Assembly (NCBI GenBank): GCA_035084275.1
Contig: CM068749.1
Coordinates: forward strand, 15,004,001 to 15,068,000
Length of the DNA stretch: 64,000 bases
Reading direction: 5' to 3'
From: Hydrolagus colliei
Taxonomy: Eukaryota
Shown here: positions 36,048 through 49,610 of the stretch, in pieces
Layout of the letters: each line of letters begins with the position of its first letter
How positions within the stretch are numbered: the stretch's first letter is position 1
Position numbers and translations under genes: made by a program
Notes under the pieces: generated by a model
Databases searched by the model: none
Told to the model about the DNA's origin: nothing
Seen by the model: the letters and a program-made list of their open reading frames with translations, nothing else

Positions 36048-36520
36048 GATCAAAGAGGAAAGAAAGTCTTGAGGCAGGCCATGAAGGAGTTAAAGGAGGG
36101 GTGAAGCGGACAGAATTCAGAATGGTGGTCCAGAGAGTGAGGGTAGGAAAACTGAAGGCCCTACTGCTGATGGTGGGGTGGGCAGGGCAGTGGACCTGAT
36201 GCAGGCCTGTGCTTACCAAGCAAAGGGAGTGGACAGGTTGGTATCGTAAGGGAGTGAATACAGTGCCAGTGGACAGAGAGAAGTTGCTAATGTCCGTTAA
36301 AAGAGGGGAAAGGAAGTGGAGCTTTAAGGTAAAGAGTGGGGATAGAGATGGGGGGACGTGAACAGGTGGTGGGCTTCATTTTGGAAATGATGGAGGTGAG
36401 AAAAGAGGGGGAGACATTGTCAAAAGTGTGGAAAGGGAGGAGGAGGTGAGGAGGGGGCAGCAGTTGAGATACAGAGGCAGTGAAGCAGACGCAGTCGATT
36501 TGGGATTGGATAAAGGACTA
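36048..36520 (-). mobile_element. Degraded L2 LINE 3' region
   Basis: rc CACCCCACCATCAGCAGTAGGGCCTTCAGTTTTCCTACCCTCACTCTCTGGA aligns with 45100-45160 of the plus-strand L2; purine-rich continuation. Confidence 0.6.
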
Positions 36521-36833
36521 GGAAGTCATAGTGCAGCAGTGGAAACTTTTTCACATTTTCATCAACTCAAAATGTGGATTTTTTCTTGCAAATAAGCACA
36601 AACATTAATCGAGACTAATCGATATCTCAAATTAATTACAGATAAGATTCTCATCGAAGGATTCTGATGGTATCTTACACTTGTTGGAAAATCTCACTGG
36701 TTTAAAACTCTTATCTTCTTTCTAGAATTAATTACGCTCTTGAAATCGCATCCTGAAGACTTCTATTTATAGGAGGGTATTCTCCAGATGTCAATAAATT
36801 ATTTCCCTGATTTCCAGATTGCAAAATGAATTT

Positions 36834-36954
36834 ATAATAAGAATCCTTGCATTTGATATGGCGCTTTAACACATTGTCGATTACATGGAGACATCTCAAA
36901 GCACTTGACAGGGTATATTGTAGAGTGGATCAACTGTGAATTTTTGGGGTGAAA
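36834..36954 (-). mobile_element. Dominant SINE, 3' part
   Basis: AATCCTTGCATTTGATATGGCGCTTT...GAGACATCTCAAAGCACTTGACAG. Confidence 0.8.
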
Positions 36955-37134
36955 TGAATTTGGTGAATTTGGATGGTAATTTATCTGCTGCCTAATTGTT
37001 CTGTCAGTCTGCATTTTTGTTGGGGTGTAAACTATCTTCTAACTTTTCATTTCCATCCAACATAATCTGCCATAAGCAGAATTGAAAGCTTCTCACACTC
37101 GATTTATTACAACTTGCATTCATATGTAGAAGTC

Positions 37135-37275
37135 TGAGTCAGTTGAGCTAAAGCAGCAAATAGTGGGTTCAGTAGTAAGCAGGTTGGACAGGTAGGGAGA
37201 TGCCAGGACATGAAGAGACTTGAAAACAAGTATGAAGATTTTGAAATTGATATTTTCAGTCACAGTGGAGCCTGG
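37135..37275 (-). mobile_element. L2 ORF2 C-terminal remnant
   Basis: Encodes INFKIFILVFKSLHVLASPYLSNLL, matching the L2 motif I-x-FKIL-x-L-x-FK-x-LHGLAP-x-YLS-x-LL. Confidence 0.75.
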
Positions 37276-37569
37276 CTGGAACCGGTGTGATGGGTGGGGG
37301 GGAAGTTTAAAAACCACAAGGTCTGTAAAAAACAAAAATGTTTTCTTTAAAATATATTGTTCCATTTATAAGCCAATTTATGTTTTGGCATTACAGATAA
37401 ATGTATTGCAGCATATTCAATAGGTGTTAAATTTCCTAACATAAATTTTCTCAGTACTTTTATGCTTTAATTCTTGTGAAAATTGATATATTTTTGACAA
37501 TTTGCAAAAAAAAAGGAGCCAAATTGCATCCACTTTTCTATCTGCCTATTTATTTTATCCAACCTCTTT

Positions 37570-37689
37570 AATAATAATAATCCTTGCATTTGATATACAG
37601 TAGTGCTTTTCATGTCTTACAGACGTCTCGAAGCGCTTCACAAAATATACTGCAAAATTTAGTGACTGTATATTTGTGGGCAAAACACA
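37570..37689 (-). mobile_element. Dominant SINE, 3' half
   Basis: (ATA)n TCCTTGCATTTGATATA...AGACGTCTCGAAGCGCTTCAC...TTTGTGGGCAAAAC. Confidence 0.85.
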
Positions 37690-38468
37690 AATTAGCAAGA
37701 GAGACACAAATTGCAAACATATTTAAATATCTGTTCTTTATTTTTATAGAGCAAACTAGGTCAGATTTTAAAATCCAAATCAATGAAACTCACTCTTGAT
37801 GAGTGACACTTGGCTGGTCTATAAAGTTATTGGTGCTTGAGTGAAATGGTTTCGAAATACTTTCTTTTAAATCCACTGAATTGCCCCGACTCTCTAATGG
37901 ACACACGGAGAATAGACTATGGAAGGAGTCAAGTGCAATTTGAACCAGTCATATTTATTCAATGTAGCAAGAAATCACTGTGATACTGAAACTGCCTCCA
38001 GGTGCTGGCAGTATTAGGGTTCCTGCATGATTTGCAGTGCCTGAACCCTGTTTGTACTACAGTACTTTACTTTTTTTGGCAACGAATCGACACTAAATTG
38101 TAGCAATCTGATGCCAAATATGCTGCAGAATTGGAGAAATAATGACATTTTTAAAATGCTATGTGTCAAATCTGGGTTTGAGAAAGATATCTGACCTTGA
38201 TGCCACTTTCCTGTGCTTGCACCCAGTGAAGAGTGAGGAAAACATTTGCTTTTACAGTGATGTGATCTATTGTTGGTAGTTGGGTAAATAAATTTAGGAC
38301 TTTTCTAATAGGATATCTTAATTCTCCTTTACCTAAATTAACCAATGACTATTTTCCAACTGTAATACTGTATTTTGAATGTTGTGGTAAACTATATGGA
38401 GAGAAAATATTTGAAGAAGTTTTTATTTACTACAGTACAGTATCCTAGTTTTTATTTGTTGTAAATGT

Positions 38469-38520
38469 GACGTCCTCCCTATGTGAAAGGCACTGAACAA
38501 ATGTAATTTTGTTATTGTTG
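38469..38520 (+). mobile_element. Very short L2 3' tail
   Basis: GACGTCCTCCCTATGTGAAAGGCACTGAACAAATGTAATTTTGTTATTGTTG. Confidence 0.75.
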
Positions 38521-39508
38521 AATCAGGTTTTATCTGTTTCTGGTACACTTTCATACTGGAAATGACAGTGTAAATGACAATTGTTACAGCATTTCATGTT
38601 GATATATGTAATGACATTCACACAAGGGCAATTAATAATTCTGACACCCACAACATATTTGGACACACAATCTGCAGTAGGAAATTCTATGTGCAGAATG
38701 TATTGTACCTATTATGCTAATATCGAAACTACATAAACTATAAAGTGTTCTTGTAATTCAAAAGCAAAATTCATCCCTTAATGAACCATAGAGAGTGAAA
38801 TCCATTGCTCTGGAAGCTGCACATGTTGGCAAAGTATACCAATTAGATCCAACTTCCAAATGCAATATGGACACTTTTTCAACATTAGCATTCATTTGCA
38901 GAAGTAAAATAAACCTGGGTAGGCTTAATTCACCTAATGGGTTAATGGCAAGGTTTTCTATTCTATGAAAAACCATCACTCGTATAATTGGAAATAGATT
39001 GCTATAGATACTGAGCAACAAAGCAGTAAAGCAATACTGCACACTCCTATGACTGCATGTTCCAGCCCTATATTAAAAAGATAATGTTTCTAGTAGGTAA
39101 TCAAACATCCACCCAAATGGAGCAAAAGAGATTTACATACTCTACAACTCATAATGAGTTTTTCATCCCCTCCCCCCACAATTATCCATTGCGAATTTTC
39201 TAAATTGCCAGCACCCAATAAATAGAATCATGTTACTGTACCTTTCACCTTCAAATAGAAAAAAGGAGATTTATCTATCTTGTAATAAAGAATTAATCAT
39301 CTGTTTCATTTAGAACACTAAGCAATCTGAATGGCCTTCACCAGGCACAAAATAGCAAACATTATTTAATAATGTTTCACTGGCACTCAGACAAGAGCAT
39401 TTTTCCATAAATTCTGAAAGCAAAAGATTCACATCATTGGCTCATGTCATGCAATGATTCATGAATAGGTAATCTAAGTACTCTACTGATAACAAGTGCC
39501 ATTCTTGT

Positions 39509-39551
39509 CTTAAGTCTGATACTGTACATGTTGCACAGTATCAGACTTAAG
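39509..39551. repeat. Perfect 17-bp stem hairpin with 9-nt loop
   Basis: CTTAAGTCTGATACTGT-acatgttgc-ACAGTATCAGACTTAAG. Confidence 0.9.
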
Positions 39552-39709
39552 CATTTAATGTAACTGACATGTTAATGTTTGTCTTTCGAGGCTAACAGAG
39601 ATGGTTCTACCTCTTAAAGTCAGTGGAGAACAGACTATTTTTAAAAATTGATTTCCTGAAGTGTTTTGTTTATGAGTGAAAAACAACCATTCTCCCTTCT
39701 CTTTAAATT

Positions 39710-39879
39710 GTGGCTTGAGATCTTAAATGTCCATCTAGACAGGCAGACAGAACCTTGTTTTAACAGCTCTTTCAAAGGACGGCACCTTCGACAATGCTAT
39801 ATACTCCAAGCACTGCCGACGAGAGACCTGAACCCCACAATCTTCTGACTCAAAGACAAGAGTGATACACACAGAGCCA
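39710..39879 (-). mobile_element. Older Deu-type SINE, 5' part
   Basis: rc TGGCTCTG...CACTCTTGTCTTTGAGTCAGAAGATTGTGGGGTTCAGG...GCATTGTCGAAGGTGCCGTCCTTTGA...GATGGACATTTAAGATCTC. Confidence 0.7.
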
Positions 39880-42800
39880 GGTGATACATGATCTCAGCAT
39901 CATGGAATCCGCTTGTTATAACTATGGGTTTCTTGCAATTGTTTTTCTGTCAAAAAAGGTAATGAGGTGAAGATGGCTCCAATTCTGTGGAGACCATATG
40001 GGGCCTGAAACTAAAAAGAACAAAAGAAGATAGGAGTTATTAATAATTAAAACTAAGGGTGCAGAACACTACTTTGCATTCGTGTGTCTCCAATTCAATG
40101 GTTTGTTTGGATGTTTAGCTTTCTGTTACAAATCTTTTTTGTGTGGATCTGATCTTTTGTGGAGGAGGAAAAAACTCTGCATTATTTCCTTCAAGTTATT
40201 ATGACCTAAAGTGAATTCAAGGGCACTTGAATCTCTGTAATGGCAATAGTAGGCAAGTAGACAAAAAAAAAATTAGCGCAAGACTCCAGTAAGTTCCAAT
40301 CAATTAAATTATGCACTTTATTAAATTATTTGAACTAATCAGAAACTTGCGTGTGAGTGTGTCTTAAAGATATTTTGAAGCAATTACATTGCTGCCTCAT
40401 TTGCAGCCCACAATAATCCATTCACCTTTGAACATTTTAAGTGTTTTGTAACCTGCTGTGACGAATGTTTCAATGTTGATTCTTTCTTTACCTAATAAGC
40501 ATGCTCTGAAGAGTGACAGGTCCATGATTAAGATTTTCTATTCCTGTCACATCCTGAATACTGCTTTTAGATTTTCAAAGCCTTCTCCGCAACATTCTGG
40601 GAACAGGGGTGGGAGAAGTTCTGAGGATTACTCATTTCTTTTCATCTATGTGGTGATGTCAGGTTGTAAATTATGTGGAAGAAGCTCCGAAGGGATAAAT
40701 AACTGCGTGTATATAAATGCAAAAGTACAACTAAGTGCACAGAAACCCTTTGTGTAGGTTTGAAAATCAAAGGCAACGCTGCTTTGTGAAAGCTCAAATT
40801 TAAATGCCATCTGAAACTATAGCTAGCCAATTCCATTTCCCAACACACCTACAGTCTCTGGCCGTGGAGAGTTGGCAATGTTTAATTTGCTCTTACTGTA
40901 TTCAAAATAGAGTGCAATTCTTCAAAGAGCCTATATCACGTGCAATGTATTCAATGCAATCCAACAAGATCCAAACTGGACCACGTTGTAAATGATATGG
41001 GGTATTTTTGTCATTTTTTGACAAAGGAAAAGTGCTTACAGAATTTTATTTGGGAATCCTGCAGTTTTAGTGAATGACTTTCAAGAAAAAGTAGCAGATC
41101 TGAAGTTACAATTTGAAATTGTAAAGACAACTGTACTCTGGAATGGGGTTCCAGAAGGTAGAAGCAGATTGGCTGAAAGCTTGCCCTCTGATGATGTAAA
41201 CCAAATTCATCATCTATAATTCATTAATTAAACCTTTATTAATTTACTGATAACCTAATTAGTGGGGGAAGTACATGTACCTGAGGATCATCCAACATGG
41301 TCTCACTGAGGACAGAGATAATGGTGAACTGTCATTGGTAATAATATTGGTAATGATGTTAAATGATTTTATACAAGGTGTATGTATAGTGTAGCCCATG
41401 TGAACTGCCTGAACAAAGCTGATATTGAACCCGCACACGGACAAACTGATGAACCAAGTGGTTGATTGACACTGGAAAGTTTCATGGCTTCCAGTGACCC
41501 AAACAGAGACAGATGAAAGTTGCTTTCTCTAACAGACCCAAAGGTGTGCTGCCAGTTATATTCAATGGATGGTGCCCTGTAACCCTGTCTTACAACTCTT
41601 TCACTCACAGTTCATACACTGCTCAGATCCTACCCTATATGGACACTCAGGCACCATGCTCAACAGCCACAAACCTTCTCTACAACATCCCTAAGCTGGT
41701 GTGCAGTTCATCTTCTGTATCTTTTGATTTCCTGGCTCTGCAGCACAGCTCCTTCCTGGAGATCAGTGGCAAAAGGGAGTCCCCATTGATTTGGATCAGA
41801 GCTTTTACAAGACCCAAACTCTGCTCCCTCTCCTCTAGGCCTGTTCCACTGCAAGACACCTTCTGGGATGACCTCCTGACTCAGTCAGTTACCACATTGT
41901 CATACAGATTCTTACAGTATAATTTCACAAGAATATTATATCATTAAACATCCTCGCCAGCCCTACTGTTGGCAGTTGTATCTTTTTGTTTCCAGCAATG
42001 TAGTATGGCCATTACACATACAAAGCTATACTATTGGCTTCTCATTCACCTTTCTCTTAATTGGACAGGACAAATCGCGACCGTTCTAGTTGTAATCAAT
42101 AAGTAAGTAATTGGGTTTTTGAGATCTCCCTCAGAAGATCATTAAGATAAGAGTTCCTCATGTTGAATCAATAAGAAGCTGTGAATTTCAGAATGCCCTG
42201 TTATAATGTATTGGCTGCTGCCTTTGAATAATTGCTTTATCCACAACCATGACAGAGCCTCTCCAAATCACCAAGTGACTTCGCGAAACATCTTTCGTTG
42301 TGAGGCATTTAAACCATTGATAAATGTCAAACTTTTCACGGATTTGTTTCATGTTTAAAAGCACTTATCCACTGTTAAATTTTCCCATAGGTTAAGCTTT
42401 ATATAGGTGGAAAACTGGAAGACGGCTCAATCATTACTTTCCATAACATGGTGCAGAGCCTCAGCAAGTCAGGAAGATGATAGCTTAAGGATGAGCCATC
42501 TGGTGAGGTAAAAGTCCTCTTAGAAGATTTTGTGCTTTAAAATTGATCAGGCACTCGTGAAACTTATTATATTTTTGGTTTGCGAATCTGTTATCTCAAA
42601 ATTGAATGTTACTGCCCTCCCTGATCAATTTGGGATAGTGCTGCATGTGTCGAGATACAATAATTTGGTCCAACAGAGATGAGCTAGTCTTTTCTATCTT
42701 TTGTATTTGTATCAGATACTAGACTAAAATACATATATAGTAGGAGAGTCCAATACTCTTGTGTATTCACAATGGCACGCGGCCTATATTGCAAAGAAGA

Positions 42801-44368
42801 TGTCTGCCTTCTAACTAGTTATGTAAAAGCAAATCGAGAAGTATAATTATTTGAAATGATTGTGCAAATAACAAGCTTGGATGGATGACCAAACGAAAGG
42901 CAGGAGAAATGCTGAGAGCAAAGATTGTTTCTCTGCAGTTTATTGTAATATTTTTATATTGAACTTATCTTAAGAGGAAGAAATAATATTCATTGATGCA
43001 ACGATATATTTCAGGGTGACATTCCATACCCAGTACTGTATAATGATCTTATATACTCAGCTCAGCTATTTACTGTTCTGTCATCATTCACCTTGGTGCT
43101 AGCATACAATCTCTGGTGCCTCAAGATAAGCTTTTAAACTCCAAGTGGACCAATTTCGGTCAGACTAATGCCTCAACCATCTTGAAATTCTTATTGTAAG
43201 TTCGAACATTTGTATACTGTTTGCATGTTGTTTTAAATGCAAGTACAACAGCACTGCCCCTTTTCAGTTGTCGTCTTTTGAAATCTCAAGTAATTTCAAA
43301 GAATAATCAGCAATGTTAATTTATTTTGATTTTTACTATTTTGCTTTGCTATTTGGCTGCACACTGGGACCTGATGCCATCATCAGGCAAATTAAATTGG
43401 CTGTTACTGAGTGCAAGTGTGAGACATCTGAGTCATTATTCACACACTCAATTATTGAGGCAGGGAGCTGCAATGCTTTAGTCATTGTAATTATGTGTGA
43501 TAATCCAGCTCCCTTTGCACTGGCTGCCTCACTAACTCATTCAAAAGTTTTTCCCAATTTTCTCTCCTGAAAGTGCTGACATTTGCTGGGGTCAATGGTG
43601 CATCAGCTACTCATTGCTCTCCAATACATCACCAAACTGTAGGAGCCTGTACAAAACCAAACCAATGATCCACAGTCTGTGGGGGCAATAGAACTGAATC
43701 CAATTCAATCCTGTCCTCCCATGATGTCCATACAAGCACAGTTTCCATCAGACGCTGATGGGCAGTGAACAAGAGAGAAAAAAATTGGAAGAATTGAAAC
43801 CAACAAATGTTTCCAGCAGTGCAAAATCTGAATCTGTGAAAACACATCTTCTTCTGTTTTTGCTTCCAGCTATCACCATGCAGAGAGCTCATGTTGCTGG
43901 CTCCAATAGACAGCAAGCTCCCAAATTATCATTTGTTAAATTAAAACCCGGTACATCAAAAAAAGTCACATAAAGTAATCTATCGACAAACCGCTTTCAT
44001 ATGAAATGATTCATCAGCCTGGTATATAATTGTCAGTCAATGATTCAACACATCTGAATTTAGAACACCCTGTACTCCTCTGAGTATTACACCATCCCTT
44101 CAACCACAAAGATTAATTACCTCTTAATAATAATCTTTCATTGGAAAATCATTTAGCTATGGAATCCTCGAATGTCACCAGGATTGTTCTCATGTTGACA
44201 GCTACCACTCAGACAGTGGAAAAAGATGGATGGCACTATAGCACATGTCAATAGTTTCCTTCTGTTGTGCAGAAAAGCACATGTTCTGAAATAAGTGTTT
44301 TCTTTGTGACCTGTTTGTAGGTATTCGAAGTGGCAGTAAAATTGTAACATGACTCCAACATAGTGTTG

Positions 44369-44573
44369 TAATAATAATAATCCTTGCATTTGATGTAGTG
44401 CTTTTCACATCTTCTAGATGTCTCAAAGTGCTTCAAAGAATATACAGTACTGTAAAGTGAATTGACTGTTTATTTGTCGGTGAAACGCAGCAGCCAATTG
44501 TGAACAGCAGTGTCCCACAAACAGTCGTGGATTGAAATGAACGATTTATTATTATATTTTTTAGGGTTTATTA
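44369..44573 (-). mobile_element. Dominant SINE lacking the tRNA head
   Basis: Tail (ATA)n TCCTTGCATTTGATG through body CAGCCAATTGTGAACAGCAGTGTCCCACAAACAGTCGTGGATTG. Confidence 0.88.
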
Positions 44574-44775
44574 CCTGAACAGAGAGCATGAGCAAACAAA
44601 AAAAACTGTTTTCCTCAAACAAATAGAAGCAAATCAATTGTTCCCAGCCTCCCTAACTTCTCTCCTGATAGCATTTGACTTGTGTTTCCTTCTTCTGGGA
44701 TACAATTGGCCAGGTGTCCTGTGATGCCTGCCTAAGTGGCTATTATTCTTGTCCAAGCAAGTATTAGTGTGTTTA

Positions 44776-45368
44776 ATCACTGTCCTTCATCACATCCAGG
44801 CTCGACTACTCCAAGTCCCCGCTTGTCGGTCTTCCCAACTCCTCCCTTCATAGGCTTCAGATAATCCCAAACTCTATGGCCCCTATCCCTTAGCGCTCCA
44901 AGCTCCATGACCCCATCTCCCCCATTCTCACCTGAATCCATTGGCTCCCCAGCACCCAGAGGATTCAAGATCCTGGTCCTCACGGTCAAAGCCCCACCAT
45001 GGCCTTGACCCACTCTACCTCTGTGACCTTCTACCCCCCTACCAACCAGCTCGTCCCTTCAGCTCAGGAGGCTCTGGCCTGCTCCATGTCCACTGACCAA
45101 CCCGCCCCACCATCGGCGGCGAGCCTTCAGTCTTTCAGCCCCTAACCTTTGGAATTCCATCCCTAGATCCCTCCCCCTTGCCCCCCTCCGTGGCAAGTCC
45201 TGCCTTAAGACCCTCTTCTTGGACGGTCCCATCAGTCACTCCAAATCCCCTCCTTTCCATCCATCCTTCGTTCCCAACCCCAGCTCGGGTCTGAAAGATT
45301 GACTATCCAGCGGCTTGAGACGTCTTCCTGACTTAAAGGCACTATACAAGTGTAATCCTGTTCTTGTT
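44776..45368 (+). mobile_element. L2 LINE 3' end (~600 bp, ORF2 remnant with stops and frameshifts, plus 3' UTR and tail)
   Basis: Translates SFITSRLDYSKSPLVGLPNSSLHRLQII..., then HDPISPILT*IHWLP and FKILVLT (L2 ORF2 motifs). Ends CAGCGGCTTGAGACGTCTTCCTGACTTAAAGGCACTATACAAGTGTAAT. Confidence 0.88.
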
Positions 45369-47792
45369 TAAGCATGGGAGACACCTGACATGGCCAAGAT
45401 CAATTTTTGTTTATTTCTTCACCCTGTGTTCTTCAACTTGAAGTATAACTTTCTGGCTCGTGGTCAAGTCTGGGAACCTTGGCTAATTTCATCCTCGCTA
45501 ACCAAGTGCTATGAAGTTGTCGAATGCTCTAATTGCTGCATTGACTGGCTGAATTCACTTAATTCAGGGTAGAACACATTTCAGTGAAAGGAGTTTACCT
45601 CTTGAACTTAGATAACTGCAGATAAACAATTCCAAACCTTACATAGAATTTCAATGAATCCAATTAATTCCCATTGATTCCTGTTGTTTAAAATCCAAGA
45701 CATCTCCAGATCACATATAACATAGTCCACATCTAACATTTAAAAGGCACTATCCTGCACCAAACAGCTTCTAATGATTTTGAAACGTTTGCTGTTTTGT
45801 TTAGCCTGAATTTCTGAATGATCAATTATACAGATTTAAATGGCATTTAGTTTGAAACCACAATCTACACAAGCCATATATAATTTTGATTCCACAGTAA
45901 AGATTCTTGGCAACAAGTGCTGAGTTTCAGTTAGTAGTCTCAGATCAATGATCGAGTCCACCGTGATATCCAAAATAGCTGCTGTGACAGAATATCCAGT
46001 ATTTAGAGCTAACTCCTGTGGTTGTCGCAAAAAAATAAGATACTGTATATGGAATGGAATAAAGAAGTCTGTTCATCTGATTTCTGGACAGGAAAGTGGA
46101 ACAACAGGAATGGTGAAACCTGCACAACCTGGTGGAAATTAGGAAAACACAGAACACAGAATAGCGTATCTTTATCAATCATTTAATCGCAAAAGTCATA
46201 CATGACCCAAAACCCGAGCTCGCTTTAAATTGTTCAAAGCACCCAAGCTTCACAATCTCATCATGGAAAATGCCATTGTTAATTACTTCCCTCCTCAACT
46301 GAGAACAAACTGGAAGGTCATACCATGTACAGTGACATGGAGGAGAACGCTAACAATTCAGTTAAGGCGAGTTGCTATTTATTGTTTGCAAAAACCCTAA
46401 GTGTGTGTTTCAAAAAAACGATCTCAATATTGAAGTGATATTTTTAGAATATGTTTTGCTTTCTTATATCCAGTGACACCAAAGATAAGTCTAAAGTGTT
46501 CTGCCAAGCCAAAGCTTGGTTTCAGTGGTAAAATTTGATCCAGATCATAGTAAACCATCCAAGCTAAATGCCGTAGGCCTGGCAGAAATGATTCAAACAC
46601 ATTCATTTCAAATCTTTTTAAGTACTCACCACAGCATTACTATGATGACCATTGGGATTTCCTGTTCATTCAGCAGATGAACAAAACTTCAAGCTTAAAA
46701 CATATTCCTTTAACATTTTATAAAGCCTTGCCCCACTAACCTATTCCTCCCCTTCTCTAAAAGCTGACTACTGTCGGTATGAAAATCGATGACATGTTTA
46801 TTTCATTTGCTGGTTTCCATTAACAACAGGCAAAAAATTTAAATCAAAAGTCAAGCAGTATGTGCTGTTTAATTCTCCAGGGAAATTTCAAGATCCGCCA
46901 ACAAAAAAAAACATTTGGGCGTTTCTGAAAGTATGAAAATTGAGATGATTAAAATCTGTATTCTCTTTCCTTTCACCATATTGCATGATGATATTTCTCC
47001 TGATCTGGCTGCTCACTATGCTGGAATAGAATAAGAATATTGAATGGACGATCGAGTGGGAGACTGCTGGACCTCTGCCAAGGTTGGTCCCAAATTGGCT
47101 TCAATGTAGTGTGCATGTTCAATATGTGCTGAATTGCCCTCCAATTTTACTCCCCTCCAGATATAATGCCTGCCTTTGCTCAACCCAGACAGCCGTTGAG
47201 GTTCTGTAACATAAGGAGTACCATTTATTGTAATGGTATACATTTAAAAGCTTCCGGATCCCATTTCCAATGATCAACTTGTCAATTTTAGGTCAGTTCA
47301 CATATGCCAATCCAACCAGTCTGTAAATACTTTGTCCTCAGGCAGTCAGAACACAAGTAAACACATTTCTACTTCTATATTCAAATGGCACTTCTAGATA
47401 AAATGCTGAACGAATTTGAGAATTTTTTTGGAGAACAAAATATGAATCAAATGTCATATTATCCAACAGGTGAAATGTAGAGTTTCATAACACAATGTTT
47501 TTGTTGGGGCCAGTTTTGTGCTAAGAATCTCTTTGGAGACTGATATTGTAAAATCTAGGTGCTTAACAATAACCATACACTATTTACTGCAGTGCCTCAT
47601 TCTTCCACATTTTTTCCATCCACTGAAAAAAATGGTTACACAGTCAGATGGTTACATTAATTACCTTGTATTTCTGAAAATGATCATGCACATCATTGGG
47701 AGAAAGTAGTCTCAGGAATCTGGCTTGTCATAAAGTGGATGCAATAATAAAGCAGCACTAATACAGTAATATGTTGGTGTCGTGGCCAACAG

Positions 47793-48111
47793 ATGATGAT
47801 AATAATAATGATAATAATAATATTCCTTGCATTTGATATAGCGCTTTTCACGTCTTCTAGACGTCTCAAAGCGCTTTACAACAGAATATACTGTAAAGTG
47901 AATTGACTGAATGTTTGTGGGCAAAACACAGAAGCCAAATGCACACACAGCAGTGTCCCACAAACAGTCATGGATTGAAATGACCAATTTTTTTTAAAAA
48001 AATTTAAGGAATTATTATTAAGCGTATAGAGTAAGGAAACTGCCTGGATTCGAACACAGGTCTTACGCTTGTAAGGCGAGTGCTCTAATCACTGAGGTAC
48101 AGGACTCCACA
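47793..48111 (-). mobile_element. Dominant SINE, full length
   Basis: rc TGTGGAGTCCTGTACCTCAGTGATTAGAGCACTCGCCTTACAAGCG...GTTCGAATCC, body and (TTA)n tail. Confidence 0.9.
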
Positions 48112-48230
48112 TAATAATAGTCCTTTCCTTTGATATAGCTTCTTATCATATCTTTGAAATATCTCAATGTGCTTCATGGAATAGACTGTAAAGTGAATTG
48201 ACTGTATATTTTGTGAGCGAAACGTGGCAG
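48112..48230 (-). mobile_element. Dominant SINE, 3' half, abutting the previous copy
   Basis: TAATAATAGTCCTTTCCTTTGATATAGC...CTGTAAAGTGAATTGACTGTATATTTTGTGAGCGAAACGTGGCAG. Confidence 0.8.
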
Positions 48231-48247
48231 AACAATCCACCAAATAC

Positions 48248-48430
48248 AATCACTCAATGGCTGTTTGTGGGAAATAACAGATTGTATATGATTTTTTTGC
48301 GCAACTGGCTGCAATGTGTCACCCCAAAGTACACAGTCACTCCACTTTGTAGTATGTCCAGTGAAGCTTTGAGATGTCTCTATGACATTATATGGGATTA
48401 TATCAAAAGCAAGCATTATTTATTATTATT
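48248..48430 (+). mobile_element. SINE, 5'-truncated and diverged
   Basis: CTGTTTGTGGG...GCGCAACTGGCTGC...GTGAAGCTTTGAGATGTCTC...TATATCAAAAGCAAGCATTATTTATTATT. Confidence 0.75.
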
Positions 48431-49610
48431 CATAATATATGATGGAGAATATTTCAATGGTGTCTGTGATTATCAGTACCTTAACCCAAGAAACTATTTT
48501 GCTTGTGTCAGCTTAGACAACTGTGATGGGAGCCACTTCAGTGGAGCCTAATTCTGCCCTTATCCTGCAGAGTTTGAGAGATGTTTAGGTGCAGTATCCC
48601 TGGAAAAAGGAGAATTAAGGATTCAAAGCGACTAAAAGAGTCTCAACAGAACCTGTATTTGAGGGTTGCTGAAGAGCTTGACCAACAAAAAGATCTTGAG
48701 ACAATCTAATGGACCTCCTCAGAAAGCAGTTAATAATAATAGTCTGGAGAAGGGGGAAGAAACTATAACTAATATGGTCATTGCAACTTTCCCTTTTACA
48801 GTATATGCATGGTATGCAAACTAAAAGGAAATGCCATAATATCTTGATATTTACACCCACTCGTGGCATTTACTCTTAGTTTGTACACCGATTTGGGAAG
48901 CAACATTCTGCATGTGCAACTGATTTTATTCCATTGAACGCAGTCTCTTTCTTTTAGACATTTCTTTAATTTCTTTTGAAACTAGATAGCCTCTGACAGA
49001 TAACAGCTGTAAGATATTCTTTTACCATATGGATATTTTACTGCACTTGAATAGTGAGTGAAACTACAAACAGAATTTCATTTAGTAAAAATGTTCACTT
49101 TACTCAAACAGAATTGAATTGCATTAACTATTTAAAAAATCATTATCCTCAATAGTATACCCTGTTTTTAAGATGCATGCTTTGTGCTTTCATATTGTTC
49201 GACAGTATCTTAAAAGTAGTATTTTGTTTATTATGTCAGTCACATCTTCAAGAAAAATAAAAAGGGACTGGAAAATGAAACGTTTCATGAAAGATTGTAC
49301 AGTATATGGATTTTTTCTGTCAACAAACTTTGACGTGAAATGCCACATTTTTCACTTCAAAGCTGTTGTAATAATAATCATCGCATGAAGTTGAATCCCT
49401 CTATTTTTAGAGAATATGAACAAAACAGAACCTGCGTTACATTTTTTATTTGTACAGTATCATACACACAATATGCATGCCATTACCAGCCATGTCATCC
49501 ACAGTAAATATTTATGAGTGATGATGCCACAGATCCATTCTGATCACCTCACAGAAAATGTATTTACGTATTTGTTTCTCTGGGTGATCTGGCCAACAGT
49601 CCTCCAAATA

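Noticed and set aside
41369-41947. ORFs 41369-41608 and 41513-41947 as a retroelement (DIRS/Gypsy) remnant or an exon
   Set aside because: Only a 5-6 residue resemblance (VVRQGYR); no RT/integrase motifs or convincing splice sites.
46630-46680. Minus-strand donor TG|gtgagt with upstream ATG (MNRKSQWSS*)
   Set aside because: There is a stop codon before the donor, and the alternative ATG gives phase 2, incompatible with the 49-nt exon. It could only be non-coding, and nothing supports that.
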